From: Squalus acanthias
Lineage: Eukaryota
Assembly (NCBI GenBank): GCA_030390025.1
Contig: CM059438.1
Span: 19,964,001-20,028,000, forward strand
Direction: 5' to 3'
DNA: 64,000 nucleotides
In this document: piece after piece, positions 1 through 13,743 of the stretch
Layout of the letters: each line of letters begins with the position of its first letter
Numbering within the stretch: the stretch's first letter is position 1
The notes under the pieces: generated by a model
Databases searched by the model: none
Seen by the model: only the letters and a program-made list of their open reading frames with translations
Told to the model about the DNA's origin: nothing
Translations under genes and position numbers: made by a program

Positions 1-1627
1 AGGTAAATGACTGGAAATGTGGGCAATAGATTACATTTACAAATGGGGTAGCAGAAGTGTATTTTGATGATGCAAATAATACACTTGACAGCAACTAAGA
101 AAACAAAGTACATTGCAATTTTCTGTCTCAATAATAAATAGTTCACAGTTAATTTAGCCTCTTTTTTTTTACAGAAAAAACTTTGTCAGTAAAATTTTAA
201 ATAGTTTTCTGAATTTGCCTACATTACAGTGGCTACATTTCAAAATACTTCATTGGCTGTGAAGCGCTAGAGGACGTGAAAGGCACTACATAACTGCAAG
301 TTGATTTCTTTTTCATTTTGTGTACCCTTCTCTCAATTATATCAGAGCTGGCGCTTGTAAATCTGTTGTGCTAGGTCATTAAGGCTTGCGGCACTGTTGC
401 ATAACAGAGCTTCTTGCACTATCATTACCAAAGAGCTCAAAGAGGTAACAGACAGATGAATAAGTATTTAATACGGATTTTCATACGTATCACAACTGAA
501 ACCATCATGTCAGAGGATCCAATGGGCATGACAGACAAAAAGAAATATAACAATGAAAATCATTTTTAAACACTTGGAAATTACTTGTAAATATGTGATA
601 AATAAAATATGCGATTGGCATGTGTATGGGGTGGGAAAGGCTGAGGAATATATCCATGAGTGATCTGACCTAATTGGACAATCAGATAGCATAGGCGATC
701 ACGAGTCAATATTTAAAACAGCACCGATTGTGTCCATCAAAAACATTCATGCCGTCTTTTTGTTAAAGCTACCCAAGAAACCAAGCTAAAGGAACTTTCT
801 AGAGAATGATGAAAGACTGTCACATGGCTTAAGAATTAAAAAAATCAGAGATCGAAAGAGGGAAACGTTAAACAATTTATAAAAAGTGTAAGCTGGTAAC
901 CTTCTCCAGTATCTCTAATTCTGGTTTGTTAAATAAAGGTTTTTTCTTTAGTGCTTCTGCTTTAAGCTCATTTGACTGATCTTTGTGTTCATAAAAAAAA
1001 TGAACCACATTTGTCAGAGGGAGTTCTCTCCAAGTTCATGCCTCACGCATGGTAGTCAATATCATTAATTTATGTATCAGTGTTCTGCTGAACTGAGAGA
1101 GAGAGAACTCCCTCAACAGGCTGCGGAGAAGTTGGAACACCCTTGCAGGGTTAAAGGGAAAGAAGTTTAGAAGGTGTAATGAATGGAGCACCTGTCTTAG
1201 TATTCCATTACAATTGAACCTCAGAGGCCACACTAGCATCCTGTTACGATGTAATTAAAATGTCAATATTGTTCTGTTTTAGAATTTAAACACATTTGAC
1301 ATTGTCTTTTCCTCCTGATGATAGCATTCCATCCATAGAATCCTTTTTATTTCATAAATAATCTCTTTCAAACTGTCTTTCTTCACCTTCTCTTCTGAGG
1401 AATCCCACTCGGTGAAAGCTTAGAAATTCTTCACAGTTCTCCTGTGCTGGTCGCTGTTTTATTCCTTTCTTTAGTAGTCCCAATGTGTTGGTTTGCCCTT
1501 CCCGATTGTACAACGCCCACTCATTTACATACAGTTGTCATATGAGTTGTTCATTCGTGTTTTATTTTTTTCAGTTTCCTTTCTTCCCCCTTTCCCGTTT
1601 CCTCTGTGGCACTGAAGTTGAATCACA

Positions 1628-1660
1628 ATGGGAAATGAAAGCAGTTCTGTGGGTGACCAG
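1628..1660 (+). CDS. TACC2: First coding exon of TACC2 long isoform (exon about 1575-1660, CDS from ATG 1628): MGNESSSVGDQ
   Basis: Acceptor tttttttcag ends at 1574, ATG context cacaATGG, and 33 coding nt end at CAG|gtgcgt (phase 0). The peptide matches the human TACC2 N-terminus as I recall it (MGNENSTSDNQ, also 11 codons before an intron). Confidence 0.8.
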
Positions 1661-4149
1661 GTGCGTCTGTGCTGACCTTTATTCTGAAGACCGGGCGTGT
1701 GTCTGGAAGTTACAGTGTGTAGTAATCAGTAAGTAATGTCAAAAGACTTTGAGCTCTCATGGCAGTGTTCCTGCATTCCAAGCAGGAAAGTACGTTTGAT
1801 GCTCAGCAATCAGAGACAGCCTTAAATGTTTCACTTACTATTCAGTCAGATGTTACCTGTGATTTTTAAATAAGCATATTTCGGAGTTCTCATATTTCTG
1901 TGAGGACTTTCCGACTTCAATCTGAAGAGATCTTCAATGATAAAACCCTATTCACACAAGTGACTATTTTATTAAGACCATGGGGTACAACACAGCTTTT
2001 ACTGCTGGACCATAGTAAAATGATTTGTGTGTCTGAAAATAAGTTGTATGGAGAAAGCTGGGGGAGAAAATGAGTAGATTTTGCCAGGTTAAATACTTGC
2101 CTAAAGTGTCAGTAAAATGTGACCTTGGTTAAATAACTGCATGCACAAATATTCTGTCTTGGCAAATTTTACTGAGCCTTTATCCCTGCAAAAATAATTT
2201 GTGCTTTTATTGGGAGACACAATTGTTGTGTGAACAGGGTTTAAGACAATTTAGAGAGCTCTGAGTCTTTACATTATGTATCCAGGACATAGATTTACAC
2301 GAGCTAATCCTTTTATGTTGTGGTTATTATGTATATGGACTGTTGCATTACTTACCACTGTACTATAATGCTTGCATCCAGAACGTTAACATAGAATAGA
2401 TCACAATTGTTAATTGTTATAGAATTCTAATCTTATTCCTTTTTCAGTTTGGATAGTAGTGATAGGTTCAAAGTCAGAGATTTTGCATGATGCATCCAAT
2501 TGGAGAAAGTAGCAAGGTTTAGTATAATGAACGTTCCAGTTGTTACGTTAAAATAAGAGACCGAGGGGTAATTTTCCAAGTAGACGTTGGCGGTTGGGAA
2601 CCTCACCTGTCACCGGCACATACTGATGACTTTCTCATCAAGATGTGGCGAGGCTGACTGGTTTAATCAGTTCTGGGCCCTTATTCCAGGAGCTATTCAT
2701 TAAAGCCTTTATCAGATAAACTGACCCTTTAAGTTTTAAATTCATTTCAAATAAGGCAGCTTGTAGAATGCGGGACTTTAACATACACGAGTGCCCATTC
2801 TCTTCATAAATTGGATAACTTCTTTTTATTAATTTATCTGCTAAAATTTGGAAATTCATCATTATGCAACTCAGAAGTTAACCGAAATGGATGTCGGTCA
2901 CTTTTTTTGACTTTCCTTATTTTTCAGTTATTTCTGCTCATTGTCAGTTTTCCCTCTGCTGCCCCAAAACGATCAACAGATGATGTAGGCCCGGGTATCT
3001 GTCAATGCAGCCTGAAGCTATTTGGTAGGAGACTTGTGAAAACAGCCCAAGATAAGTTGGCCCCCATTTTCCCTAAACCCAATGTTGCTGATCCACTTCA
3101 CTTTCACTCAGCACCAGCAGACAAACTGAGACTGTGATCCAGTCTGGGCCCTTCCACTGCACTTTGCACAGGGCTGCACATAGCTCTCGCTCGTTTGCTG
3201 GTGAATCATGTTTTTCAGAACTTGTTTGTTTGCTTTGGGAGGGTGAAGAGCTAGAAAAGCATTAGTCACTTTTGTTACAATGGCACCATGGGCAAATGAT
3301 GTGATCATGCACATTAGTGGGATTTATCTGATTGTATTCATAAACAATCAAAAAAAAGCTCGTCAGACATCTTTTCATGAAGGTATGTGTCTTTTAAATT
3401 TTTGGTGTGACCTATTGAATTAAAATGGCGATTTCAACTCTTGAAATTCTACAGTTAATAAATAAAGTTTGTGTGGTACCAATGCTACAGTAGGTTTGGC
3501 TGGTCAAACCTGTTAGTTTATTTACATTTTGATTCATTTTTTTAGCCAAAAGACACAATCACCTCATTACCTCCAAATCAGGAGACTACACAGGTACTGT
3601 TATATGGTGTTTGGCTAAAAATAGTTGCTCGCTGTCACCTCATGTGCTGGACTGGAACTTTGCATGGCTTGCTGTTTCTCATGTGCAAATCTTTTTTTTT
3701 TACAGTGACTATCATCCAGACTTCTCGTATTTCAGAAGTTTATTAAGTGCATGCAACCTCACATAAAGAAGCTGTAAAGGAACAGTTGGTGTTAGTTGGA
3801 CCAGAGTGTAATATTTTTCTGATCCACTTACTCAAAGTAGCAGCAATGCAAAACTGTAAGCATCAGCTGATAATAAACAGACAGCAGTAACACAGACTAA
3901 AACCAAACAGATACTGCTCACGTCACCTGCAGAGTTGTGTGCTGATGCAATGCATGGACCAAATGTACAACTGCGCTTTAAAATTGTCCTCTGTTGTGAG
4001 ATGCACATGTTGCGTATCAGCTTCACGTGTCGCTTTTACCGCAAGTATGGACATGTTGGGCGACCAATAGCAAGAGTGTCAGGGGCGGGCGGAGGTCATG
4101 TGATGATACCTCCAGGGGTATGTCCAACCAGAGTTGGCAACCCTAAACT

Positions 4150-5140
4150 AAGCCATACAGATCAGGAAGGTTCCAGGTTTGATCTGTTCTCTGTGCTGAG
4201 TTAGATGATCTCAGCCAGTGGATAAGGTATGCTACAGTTGGCATCAATGCTCTGTGCTTGGAAGCAGAAAAAGTTCAGTCAGGGGCCTAGAAATTGGGCC
4301 ATTTTTGGGCACATGGGGGATGTAGTTTGTGGGCCTCCCCTGTGCCTGAATGGCGAGGCCCAGCACTCTCCAGATATTAGGCCTCAGATCACATTTCAAT
4401 ATTGCGGGCAAAGCATGAAGAGCCCGCTGGTGAAGAGGAGTCCAAGTTTAGGCTGCTGCTAGCATTGCAGCGGCCCTCAGGTAAGTGTTGGCGAGGATCG
4501 GGGCCTAGGTCGGGTGTCGGGGCCTGGGCCGGGGATCGGGGGTTGGGAGCAGAGGTGATTGAGACGGGGGTTAAATGTGGGGTCAGTAGGAGCAGGAGTG
4601 CTTATATTCAGATAAGTTACTTACCTTCTTTATTGTAGGCAAACCCTAGGGCTGGTTTCCCCGAGTGCAGCCTGCAATAGCGCTGGCTGCCTCAAGGCGA
4701 ACCAGTCCTGAGGAGGGGCCCTCTAACAGGTGTTAGGCTGCATAGTTGCATATGCAAAGGAACTAACGCCTGCTTCAGGCATGGGGAAAGGATGCCTCTG
4801 GTTTGTCCTTACCCAATATGGCGGGCAGTGCACTTCCAGCCGGAAATATGCAGACGCTTTCTGCCCACCATGTTGGGGCCTTAGTAGTCAAAGTAGCGCC
4901 CGAAAAATGGGAGCTGTGCAGACCAATTTCTAGGCTAATGTTCTTGATTCTGCTTACTGTTCAGTGACCCTGCTGGAAAGTGTGCCTGTGTGGACAGTCA
5001 TGAAGGCAGCGTCAGGTCAGCTGTGATGCACTCTTCAGTATAATAGCTTGGTGCCAATTACTGCCTGGGCTCACATAAGAAGAATGGTCACTTGAAGGTA
5101 TTAAAAGGCGGTCAGCACTTATGGAAGCGTGCCCAGTCAG
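4150..5140 (+). mobile_element. tRNA-head SINE-like repeat split by the MITE; related copy at about 56950-57290
   Basis: agatcaggaagg..ggtttgatc..tctgtgctgagttag and ttcagtgaccc.tgc shared between the two loci in the same order. Confidence 0.6.
4285..4935. mobile_element. Non-autonomous DNA transposon (MITE)
   Basis: Perfect 13-bp TIR gcctagaaattgg / ccaatttctaggc with a GC-rich interior. Confidence 0.8.
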
Positions 5141-5384
5141 TATCAGTATTTCCCTGCAGGACAAGAGTAGGGTTAACATTTGGGAAATATAATGAGAAGA
5201 GTTGTGTGTCAAACTGTGAAGAAGAACAGAGTAAAGACTGATGGCATGTGACTTATATATGTAGGGTTGACAGCTACCATGGAATTCACTGGGCTTACAG
5301 CCAGTATTTAAAAAAATAATTCTGACAACCTGTGTGCACACTGGATAAACTCAACTTTATAAGTGTAGAGCATCCAAATGATAA

Positions 5385-6080
5385 TGGCCCGGATTTTGTG
5401 GGGCCGATCGCGTACACCGTCATAAGTCCTCAGAATGGCCCCGCAAGTTCTGGGTTTCCGCATGAGCTGCACACGCGCGAAAACCCGGAACCTGCGATCG
5501 GTCAAGTTTCACATCGACAGATCCTTCACATCTGCTGCAAAAACACTTCGCTGGCGCAGAGTTGGGCTATTTGCAAGGCTTTCTTTTTCCAGCGTAAGGG
5601 TTAAAATAAATGTTACGATAACATTTTTAAAATGATTAAAACATACACATACATTTAAAATTAGTTTAGATAAATTTTGGCCCATTTTAAAATGTTGAAA
5701 TTTCGTTTCCAAAAAAATTAACTTTTTATTTTAGATGCTTAATTAAAGGGTCTTTTAATTAATTTTGAACCTGGGAACATTTATTTTCATTTAAGTGGTG
5801 TGAATTCTTATTTATTTGGGGATTTCTAATATGCTTATGTGGATTCCGTATGTAAATGGCATCCCCATAAGCATCATTGGAACCCCTCTTTTTGATTGGT
5901 TGACCGGGGCCCACGTGATCCCAGGGACGCGAGTGAACCGCCCGCGCCCCTGGGATCCGTGCGCCTTTACGCAGGCGCACGCCTACAGGCCCAGGACCCG
6001 AAGACTCCGAAGCTCCGGATTTTTTTTCCGATTCGGAAGCGTATTCCTCTGGTACGCCTCCAAACGCAAATTCCAGGGCC
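5385..6080. mobile_element. MITE with GC-rich ends and AT-rich core (copy 1)
   Basis: Imperfect TIR tggcccggattt / aaattccagggcca; collinear with 15460-16166. Confidence 0.78.
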
Positions 6081-7394
6081 AATAGATTTATGTTCACGGG
6101 CTGCGCAGTGCAGTTTAAGGCATTTACCACCAGTGGGCACTCCAACACAGAATGTTGCCTTTAAATCTGCCCTGCACCGTAAGAGTAGTTAAATTTGCAC
6201 TTCTCGCAGCAGATTTAAAAGGCGGTTTGCATTTGGCAAGAATGGATTCCAATGAATTTATTTATGTTTTAATGATGAGTACCAAACCAGAAGTATGAAT
6301 TTGAATGTGCTCAAATGGGCCTGAAATAAGGATATTTGGAAAAAATGTCTGGGTTTGGATTATTTTGTACTTGGATGAGCCTGTACCTCGAATAAAATGT
6401 TCATGCAGATGCTCAGAAGGATAAGGGTGTAATGGGGAAGTGGGGTAGGTGGGTGTCTGAATCTGGTGCAGTGGGAATGATCCATCAAGAGTGATGGTGG
6501 ATGAAGTTAGGCTCTTTCCCTTGTCACTACCATCACCTCAATAACTGAACTTCAGAATTAAAGAGTTGGAAAATCATGCGCAGTGCATGCCCAAATTTCC
6601 AAAATATGCTGCTGGTAAACAAGGTGAAAAATGACCCCTTCAGAGTCAGACGTCAGGAGCGGAGAGTCAGGAATCTGTGAGGATAATTTTTATGGATAGC
6701 AAACTTGTAAGCAAGTGTGGGAAGACTTCCTTCAGCTCGAGTGAAATCAGAAATGCATTTTATACCTTTATGATGTCGCTGCACGCAATCAGTGGAAAAG
6801 ATCGTCCCCACAGGGTAAGGAATTAGGAGTCATATCAGGACGCCAGTTCAATAATCAGAAGTCAGGTATCTGGAGTTAGGATTTCTTCTTGTAGTGAAAA
6901 ATAGAGAATGCCTACTTTTCCCACAATTAATGACGAATGAAATGTATGTGTGGCTTTGACACAGAGGACTCCTGAGGCTGCAATTGAATTAGTAGGTTTT
7001 TAATCACAAAGAAAACCAAGCAGTCTCTTGTTTTTTGTTCAAAGAGGAATTTCACCCCCAAGAGTTAGGGAGTCAGGAGAACTGAACTAATGTATTCTGC
7101 ATGGTGCTGGTGTGCTTGTGGAAGAAAGCCTGCTGGGAATAGAGCTTTGATCATGTTTCATCTGTTAACAACTGTGCTACGCTGGGGTGACGTGTTTTGA
7201 AAATATCACGGCTCATTTCAGAAAACTGTAATTTTTGTGCACACAAATAGCAAATGTGTTTTCTTCTTAAATGAACCCTTTACCCAACAACACTGATGAT
7301 AGTGGTTGAAAGTAGGCAGTGTGGAAACCAGCATCTGATCTGATCTTAGCTTTGCCACCTTTTTGGTTTTGGACCGGACGCTATGGTTTTTAAA

Positions 7395-7481
7395 ATAGAA
7401 ACAGAAAATTGCAGATCAGGCAACACCTGTGGAGAGAGAAACATAGGGTTACCGTTTCAGGCCGACGGCCTTTCATCCGAA
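7395..7481 (-). mobile_element. Penelope-like terminal fragment flanked by a 14-bp target-site duplication
   Basis: ctatggtttttaaa at 7381-7394 and 7482-7495. Related fragments occur at about 12370-12485, 39010-39090 and 63510-63700. Confidence 0.62.
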
Positions 7482-9115
7482 CTATGGTTTTTAAACAAAC
7501 TGTCCGGAATATAAACGAGATAAGAAGCCCATTTTTAATGTAGAAGGAATATTTTCTCACTTACTTCTGTGGAATCACCACATGCTCTGCCCCAGTGCTT
7601 TCTTGCTGTCACATAACCTAGGAGATAATGAAACTGTTCCCAGTCTCCTGATGTCCTATGGATGTTGGCCTGTGATTGCAGATTTTGAATTCACAGGCTT
7701 TGCTGCATTTTATGCCACCTTGAAGTGTGCATTTAAAGGTGACGATGTAGCAGGGATTGTGGAAATATTCAATTTTGGATTTTGTTGAAAAGTACCTCCA
7801 ATGGTGAACCAATGTTAGTTGTCCATTTTATTAGGTCCATTGGTGCTAGCCAAAAATGGGACAAATGATAAAAGTTAAATGCTTATTTTGGGGATTTATT
7901 AAAAAGCAGGACACTGGACTCTTAGCAGAAATGTTATAATGTTCTTCAATAAAAATGAGCATTTTTCCGTGCATACCTTAGTAATGCTGAAACCACCATT
8001 GCTGTCTTTAAAAAAAAATGACAGTCATTAAGGGGAGGGGAGAAATGAGTAAAAGAAAAGGCAAAACAAATGTTAACTGATCTCTAAGGCAGGGCTGTTT
8101 TTGCTTATCCCAAAACACTGCTGTATTTGGTTAGGCAGGCAGTGTTGTTCAATCTGTAATTTGATCCCTGACGCTGAAGAGATGACCTTTGGCCTGCTTC
8201 CCAGCATTCACCTGCCACAGATTGTTCTTAATCTTGTGATTCAGGAAGTTCTTTTTAAGTGTATGGACTGTGGGTGGCAAGCACTAGAGTTTGTTTTAGA
8301 AGTAGTGTGGAAGGGAATAAGAAGAAAAGGTAAGTGAACTTAAAACGGTCATTAAAAATGAAGGGGGGGGGGGTGAATCTGAAGTATGCTACGAAATCAG
8401 AAAGTGCCACTTTTTACTGAAGGCAGACTGCACGCAGTGTGTGTTCAGTCTGACTGAGCAGTGTGACATGTTGTAACAACCACCACTCAGGAATGTGTGT
8501 GTGTGTCTAACGAAGGAGTGGTATTTGTGATTAACCTGAACTTTACCAAGCTGGGAAATTGAACGGTAACATTTTCTTTATGAAATGTTTTTTTGTCGAC
8601 ATTCTATGTATAGAGTTTTGATAAATAATGCTTAGAGTGTAATCAGCGATCGGCTAACTCTTGCTCAAAAGGCAGATAATTCCGATGTGGGTCATGTCAG
8701 TATGTCAGCAGTGTTGGAATTCACTAAAGCGCTGTGGCACTGCTGTTGCTAAGGGTTGATGCCATTTGTTACTGTGAACAGCAAGCATCTGTTGCTCAAC
8801 TAACCCAACGTCTTCACAATAGAAAAGTTTTTTGTTTGGAATGAACAGTCGGTATCTTATGGCCAAGGAAGAAAACCAAAGTACAGAAAAGGAGATTATA
8901 TTTCAGTTCTGTGGAATCACACCATTCAGGTTCATACCATTTGAAGCCTGGTAATTGTTGTCAGTGAAATCTGTGCCTTTTATTGGACCCCTCTGCTGTC
9001 AAGTCCCAAAGATATTTTGCCACAATGAAATTATTAGATACACTTGTGAAATTATGACCCAGTTTCCCTCATCACTTTGCTCAACATTGTTACACTGTGA
9101 CCTTTAAACACACCA

Positions 9116-9762
9116 GGGTACAAATTAATATGCGATGCACCGGTTTTTCAGGCCTAAAATGGCGCAAAGCATATCAATTTAGCAGTGGGACAGCCTGTAC
9201 CCAATCTGCGCAGGCGTTGCTCACATTGCCAAATTCGTTGGGCCCATTTTTTTTTTTAAGATGTCCCAGGTGGACGCCCAACACATATGTAAATTTGGGG
9301 CCTAACACCTGTTAAAAGGACCCCTTCGACAAATTCGTGACCGATGAGTGGGTCAGGCGTTGGACCTCCCTCGCTTAGGATTCTTCAGTGGCCTCCCACC
9401 AAAGAAAAGTGTTTTTATTATTTATTTCAATAGCTTCCTATGGAGCCAAGTGGAGCAGGACTGCACCTCCGACTCGATTTGCGATAGGCCCCCCCCTCCA
9501 CCCCCGACCCACAGCCTGTTCCATTTCCCCTTCCCGGGACTTTGCATGGGAGCGGCTACTGGTTCGGCGGGTGGCCCGAAATCTCCGTCTCCCCTCAGGC
9601 GAGCTGCCTGTTGAGGTGCGATCGGAGCCGGCAGCTTGCCCCAGTTGTTGAGATGATCCTCGGGCCGCTTACTTTGGGCGCATGCTGCCTCTGCAATGCC
9701 GAGTCTGGGCCCGTTTTCTACCCCACCATTCCTTGCTGAACACTTTCCTGATCAATTTCGGA
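9116..9762. mobile_element. Probable MITE
   Basis: GC-rich island bounded by gggtacaaatt / aatttcggac; TIR is imperfect. Confidence 0.45.
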
Positions 9763-10704
9763 CTTTCATGTAGGTGCTGTGTTAATCAATTCATTGAGCA
9801 TAATCTTAAAAAAAAACTGTTGAAAGTTAACAATCAGGAGCAATCCAGCACGGACAACCAGCTGATAACTGCAGCCAAAGTTGAATGACTCTCTATGTAT
9901 TAATGTTACAACAAAGAAGCATTAATGCCAGGACAGATCCTGAAGCCTCGTCACAATGCGAACTATCAATGTTAAAATTATCCTGCAAGTAAGGAATTAT
10001 TCATGAAACATTTATGGTTTTAAAGCCTTAATACCCATTATCTGTTTTGAACATTTTCAATACTAATGGATATATAATGAAGAGAATGTTACAAATGGAC
10101 AGAAGGGTTAGCAAACAGATAAACAGATCAGCAATAGGAAATTTTAAAATATGAGATGCATAGAGTACACAATAAATTATTCCCCTAAAGCAGAGCAGGG
10201 CGGGGGAGGGGTTGCATCAATGTATGGAGATACCAATTACATCGAAATTCCCCATGGAAGCATGTCTGTAATTCGAGCATTTTCTTTCCAATACTTCTAA
10301 AATTAGCATAAACATATTTCAAAGAATGCCATGCATGCTTTATGTGGTTACCCAATGTAAGCTACCTTGATCCCTGCAACTGAAGTTTATAAACTTGTTA
10401 CAACGGATAGCTGCCCTGCCTTCTCCTGTCCTAATAATTCAGAACCAAAAAGACTATATATATATATATACACACACATTTTTTTTTTTTACAGTCTCAC
10501 CAAAACAAAACCTGTCAAAAAAGTTTTACCAAAAAAAACCTCACAAATGATTTCTTAAAAGTTGTTCCTTTCCTGCAATGAGTCAGAGTGGAGAACATCC
10601 ACGAGCCAGGGTGAAAGTGCCAGTCCCACCACCGCTCTTTCTCAAAACAGCTTTCACTGCTACCATCGCCCACGCAACCACTCCTCCTCCACTTTTGATT
10701 CATG

Positions 10705-10975
10705 CAACAACAACAACAACAACTTGCTTTTATCTAGCACTTTTAACACAGTAAAACGTCCCAAGGTACTTCACGGGAACGTTACCAAACAAAATTTGAC
10801 TCCAAGCCACATGAGAAGATATTAGGACAGGGGACAAAAGCTTGGCCAAAGAGGTAGGTTTTAAGGAGCATCTTAAAAGGAGGAGAGACAGGAAGAGGGG
10901 CAGAAAGGCTTGAGGAGGGTATTTCAGAGCCTAGGGTCCAGGCACGGCCACCATTTGGTGGAGCAATTAAAAGAT
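10705..10975 (-). mobile_element. L2 LINE 3' fragment
   Basis: (caa)n tail followed by sequence homologous to 16272-16560. Confidence 0.8.
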
Positions 10976-12627
10976 GCACAATCCACTCTGACCTGGACCA
11001 ACTAATCACCAATCACTGGTTATTCTAAATGCTTGTCATTTCCCCCCCCCCCCAGCCCCCGCTATCTGTTTTAAATGTCCTTTTCACTCATTTTGGTTCG
11101 TTTCCTCTGTTTCTACCCTTCCGGGTTACTTTCAAGTAACATTCTGGGTTTATGCTGCTGGTAGAATGCTACGTCGCTCAAAATCGTCTGGTGCCAAGGT
11201 TTCAACCAAAATTCAGGCTGCTGCTGTACAGATACCTGGTGTGTGTAGCTGCTCAAGCTTTACGTGTGTCAAGGTGCTCGGAGTTTTAGCTGAAACTAGA
11301 GCACACAGTGTGTACAGCCCACATTACACTGGTGCACACTTCTTCCGTTTAGTTCCTGGAGCCCGAGTGGGGAGGCAGGCGACAGAGGAGAAGGAAACGG
11401 TTGGACTCATCAATATCTAGGTTGACTGGAGTTCATTCACATTGTATTGGGTGCCACTGTTGCACTGGACCCGAGGCAAAAAGAACATGTCCTCAGACGA
11501 CCGTTTTTTAGTAGCAGTCGTTAAAATGGAGCGGGGAACTTACCCACCAGTCTTTTACTGCCCTGATCTGGCCGACTGCAATTTTACATTGCAGGCGCTA
11601 AGGACACCTGCCCCAGGCTGGCGGGGTCCTCTTTAAATATGCAGAGCAGGCTCTGATGATGTCTTTGGGGTGCGATTTGCTATTTTTACCCGAGGCCGGA
11701 GTTGGGGGCGCACAGATCAAGCAGAGTTGGGTTGCTTCCCCCACCAGGTCAAACCTGCCGGGAATGGGAGCCAGGGCCAAAAAGAGACCCAGCACGGTAA
11801 GTGTGTTACATTCGTTTTTGGTTCCTTGTGGGCCTGGAGGAGCAGAAATGCTACTCCAGACCCCACAAGGAAACCTTGGGCCTCCCCTGCCCCGGGCACC
11901 CCCCCTCTCTCTCAACCAAAATTCCCCTCGTAGAGCGCTTACCTCGTGCCGCGGAAGGTTCCCCGGTTCCCGGTGACGGTCTCTAGAAGTTTTGCGTGCA
12001 AGATGTTACCTCACTGCACAGTCCACTAACTTCAGTTGCCTTCTGTTTGACGTCAATCAGCTTTACAGCACTAGAAAGATTCAATTCACTTTATAATTAC
12101 ATTAATTTTATTGAACTTTCCTCCTTCCCCGTGATCACAATTTATATTTTTTGATATCAATTTCCAGTAACCCTGTGTCAGGAGCTTCCCTGTTTCATCT
12201 TCTTGAAAGAAGCATTTGGGAAACCCTTTTTCCTAATTTATTCGCGAGCACGCCATAATGTCAAAATGCAACATTGCATCAACTGCATGTAACAACACGA
12301 GGATAAAAATGGCTCTTGTTTGCATTAAATCAACTGCAGCGACAGATCAACCAAAAATCTGCACAAAAAGCAAAAAACTGTGGTTGCTGGAAATCTGCAA
12401 TAAAAACCTAGAATATAGGAAACACAGCAGGTCAGTCGGCATCTGTGGGGAAACAATGTTTTGGGTGTAGACCCTTCATCAAAACTGTAAAAATTTGCGC
12501 TCGTGTACTGGAAGATGTTTGAAGTCCAGTAGTGTTTTCATGTGCTGCAGATTCCGTTTTATATTTTTCAAACCATTTGGCCAACTAGGTGCAAGAAACT
12601 AATACTGAAGGCGGGGTGGTGGCAGGT

Positions 12628-12671
<44 letters not shown>
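12628..12671 (+). repeat. Poly-G homopolymer (44 nt)
   Basis: Direct observation. Confidence 0.95.
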
Positions 12672-12672
<1 letters not shown>

Positions 12673-12949
12673 GGTGCTGTGGTTTTAATCCAGAGCGGTT
12701 TTCTGGCAGTCAAGGGGTGGGCCAGTGTGAACCCACTTGCTGACCTACATTTAAGGGCCATGGCATTTTAACTTACTTGCATGTAAGTGGCGGTCAGCGG
12801 TCTCGGGAGGGTCTTGTGGGAGGGAAGGGGCAAGAGTCTGGGGCAGGGGAGGCCACGATTTGACGACTGGGGCCCTGAGGATTTAAAGTGCCATCGGGGT
12901 TCTAATGACCTTGAGTCAGACGGGAGCCCTCCTCCTGAACTATCTGTTC

Positions 12950-13215
12950 CTCCAATGTGACCACTGGTGCATCCCTCCACTTTGTCCCACCATTGGCAGC
13001 ATTGCCTTTGGAATTCTCTCCCTAAACCCCTCTGCCTCGACACCTGCATCTCCTCCTTTAACTCATTCCTTAAAACCAACACCTTTGACCAAGCTTTTGG
13101 TCACCTGTCCTAATATCTCTTTTGGCTCAGCATCCATTTTTTCCCCTTATGCCTCTTTGAAGTGTCTTGGGATGTTTTTCTATGTTAAACGCGCTGTATT
13201 AAATGCAAGTTGTCG
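12950..13215 (+). mobile_element. L2 LINE 3' fragment
   Basis: cttaaaaccaacacctttgaccaagcttttggtcacctg...aaatgcaagttg, the same family as the other copies. Confidence 0.78.
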
Positions 13216-13743
13216 TTTCTGTCCCTTCACTCCTTGGACTCCACAGACTCTGGACTGTACAGATTTTCCAATTTGCAGCGAGGGGACATGAGTAAGTAGG
13301 TAGCTGGAGAATTGGCTCTAAAATTAGTGGAGCACTCCGCTTAATGGAAACATCCCCAAACCAAAGTACCCCTAGTGGACTGCACCGTATTTATATGAAT
13401 GACATACTGGCTCTGTGCATTGCCAATGTTAATAAATTATTGAGATGCATCTCAGCTCACTGACAATTTTATGCCCATTTATATGGAGATTAACTGAAGT
13501 GATTGCGTTTGACATGTCTGTTATAAGGAATGTTCTTTCCTGGGATCAAATACATGTTCATTTTCACTACAGTAACATCGTTAGATTCCAAAGGTCCATT
13601 TGAATGGCTGTCACGCTGGTAGCTTCCAAAGTGGTGCGATTGTGTTTTTAAATACTGAAATTACGATTGTGAAGTCTAGGAACAAATGTAATTTTATTCG
13701 AAGGATATAACGGCACATTGGCTTTCTTCCTGTTCAACTGTAG

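Noticed and set aside
1-8. AG|gtaaat at the window start as the donor of an upstream non-coding exon
   Set aside because: Plausible, but the exon would lie outside the window and cannot be supported.
2811-3137. 108-aa ORF as the second coding exon
   Set aside because: No donor in the required phase, and it lies within a probable old MITE (about 2565-3065).
7564-8925. Shared ttctgtggaatcac at about 7564 and 8907
   Set aside because: A single 14-bp match without further homology; cannot be distinguished from chance.
12589-12771. Poly-glycine ORF
   Set aside because: A by-product of the G homopolymer.
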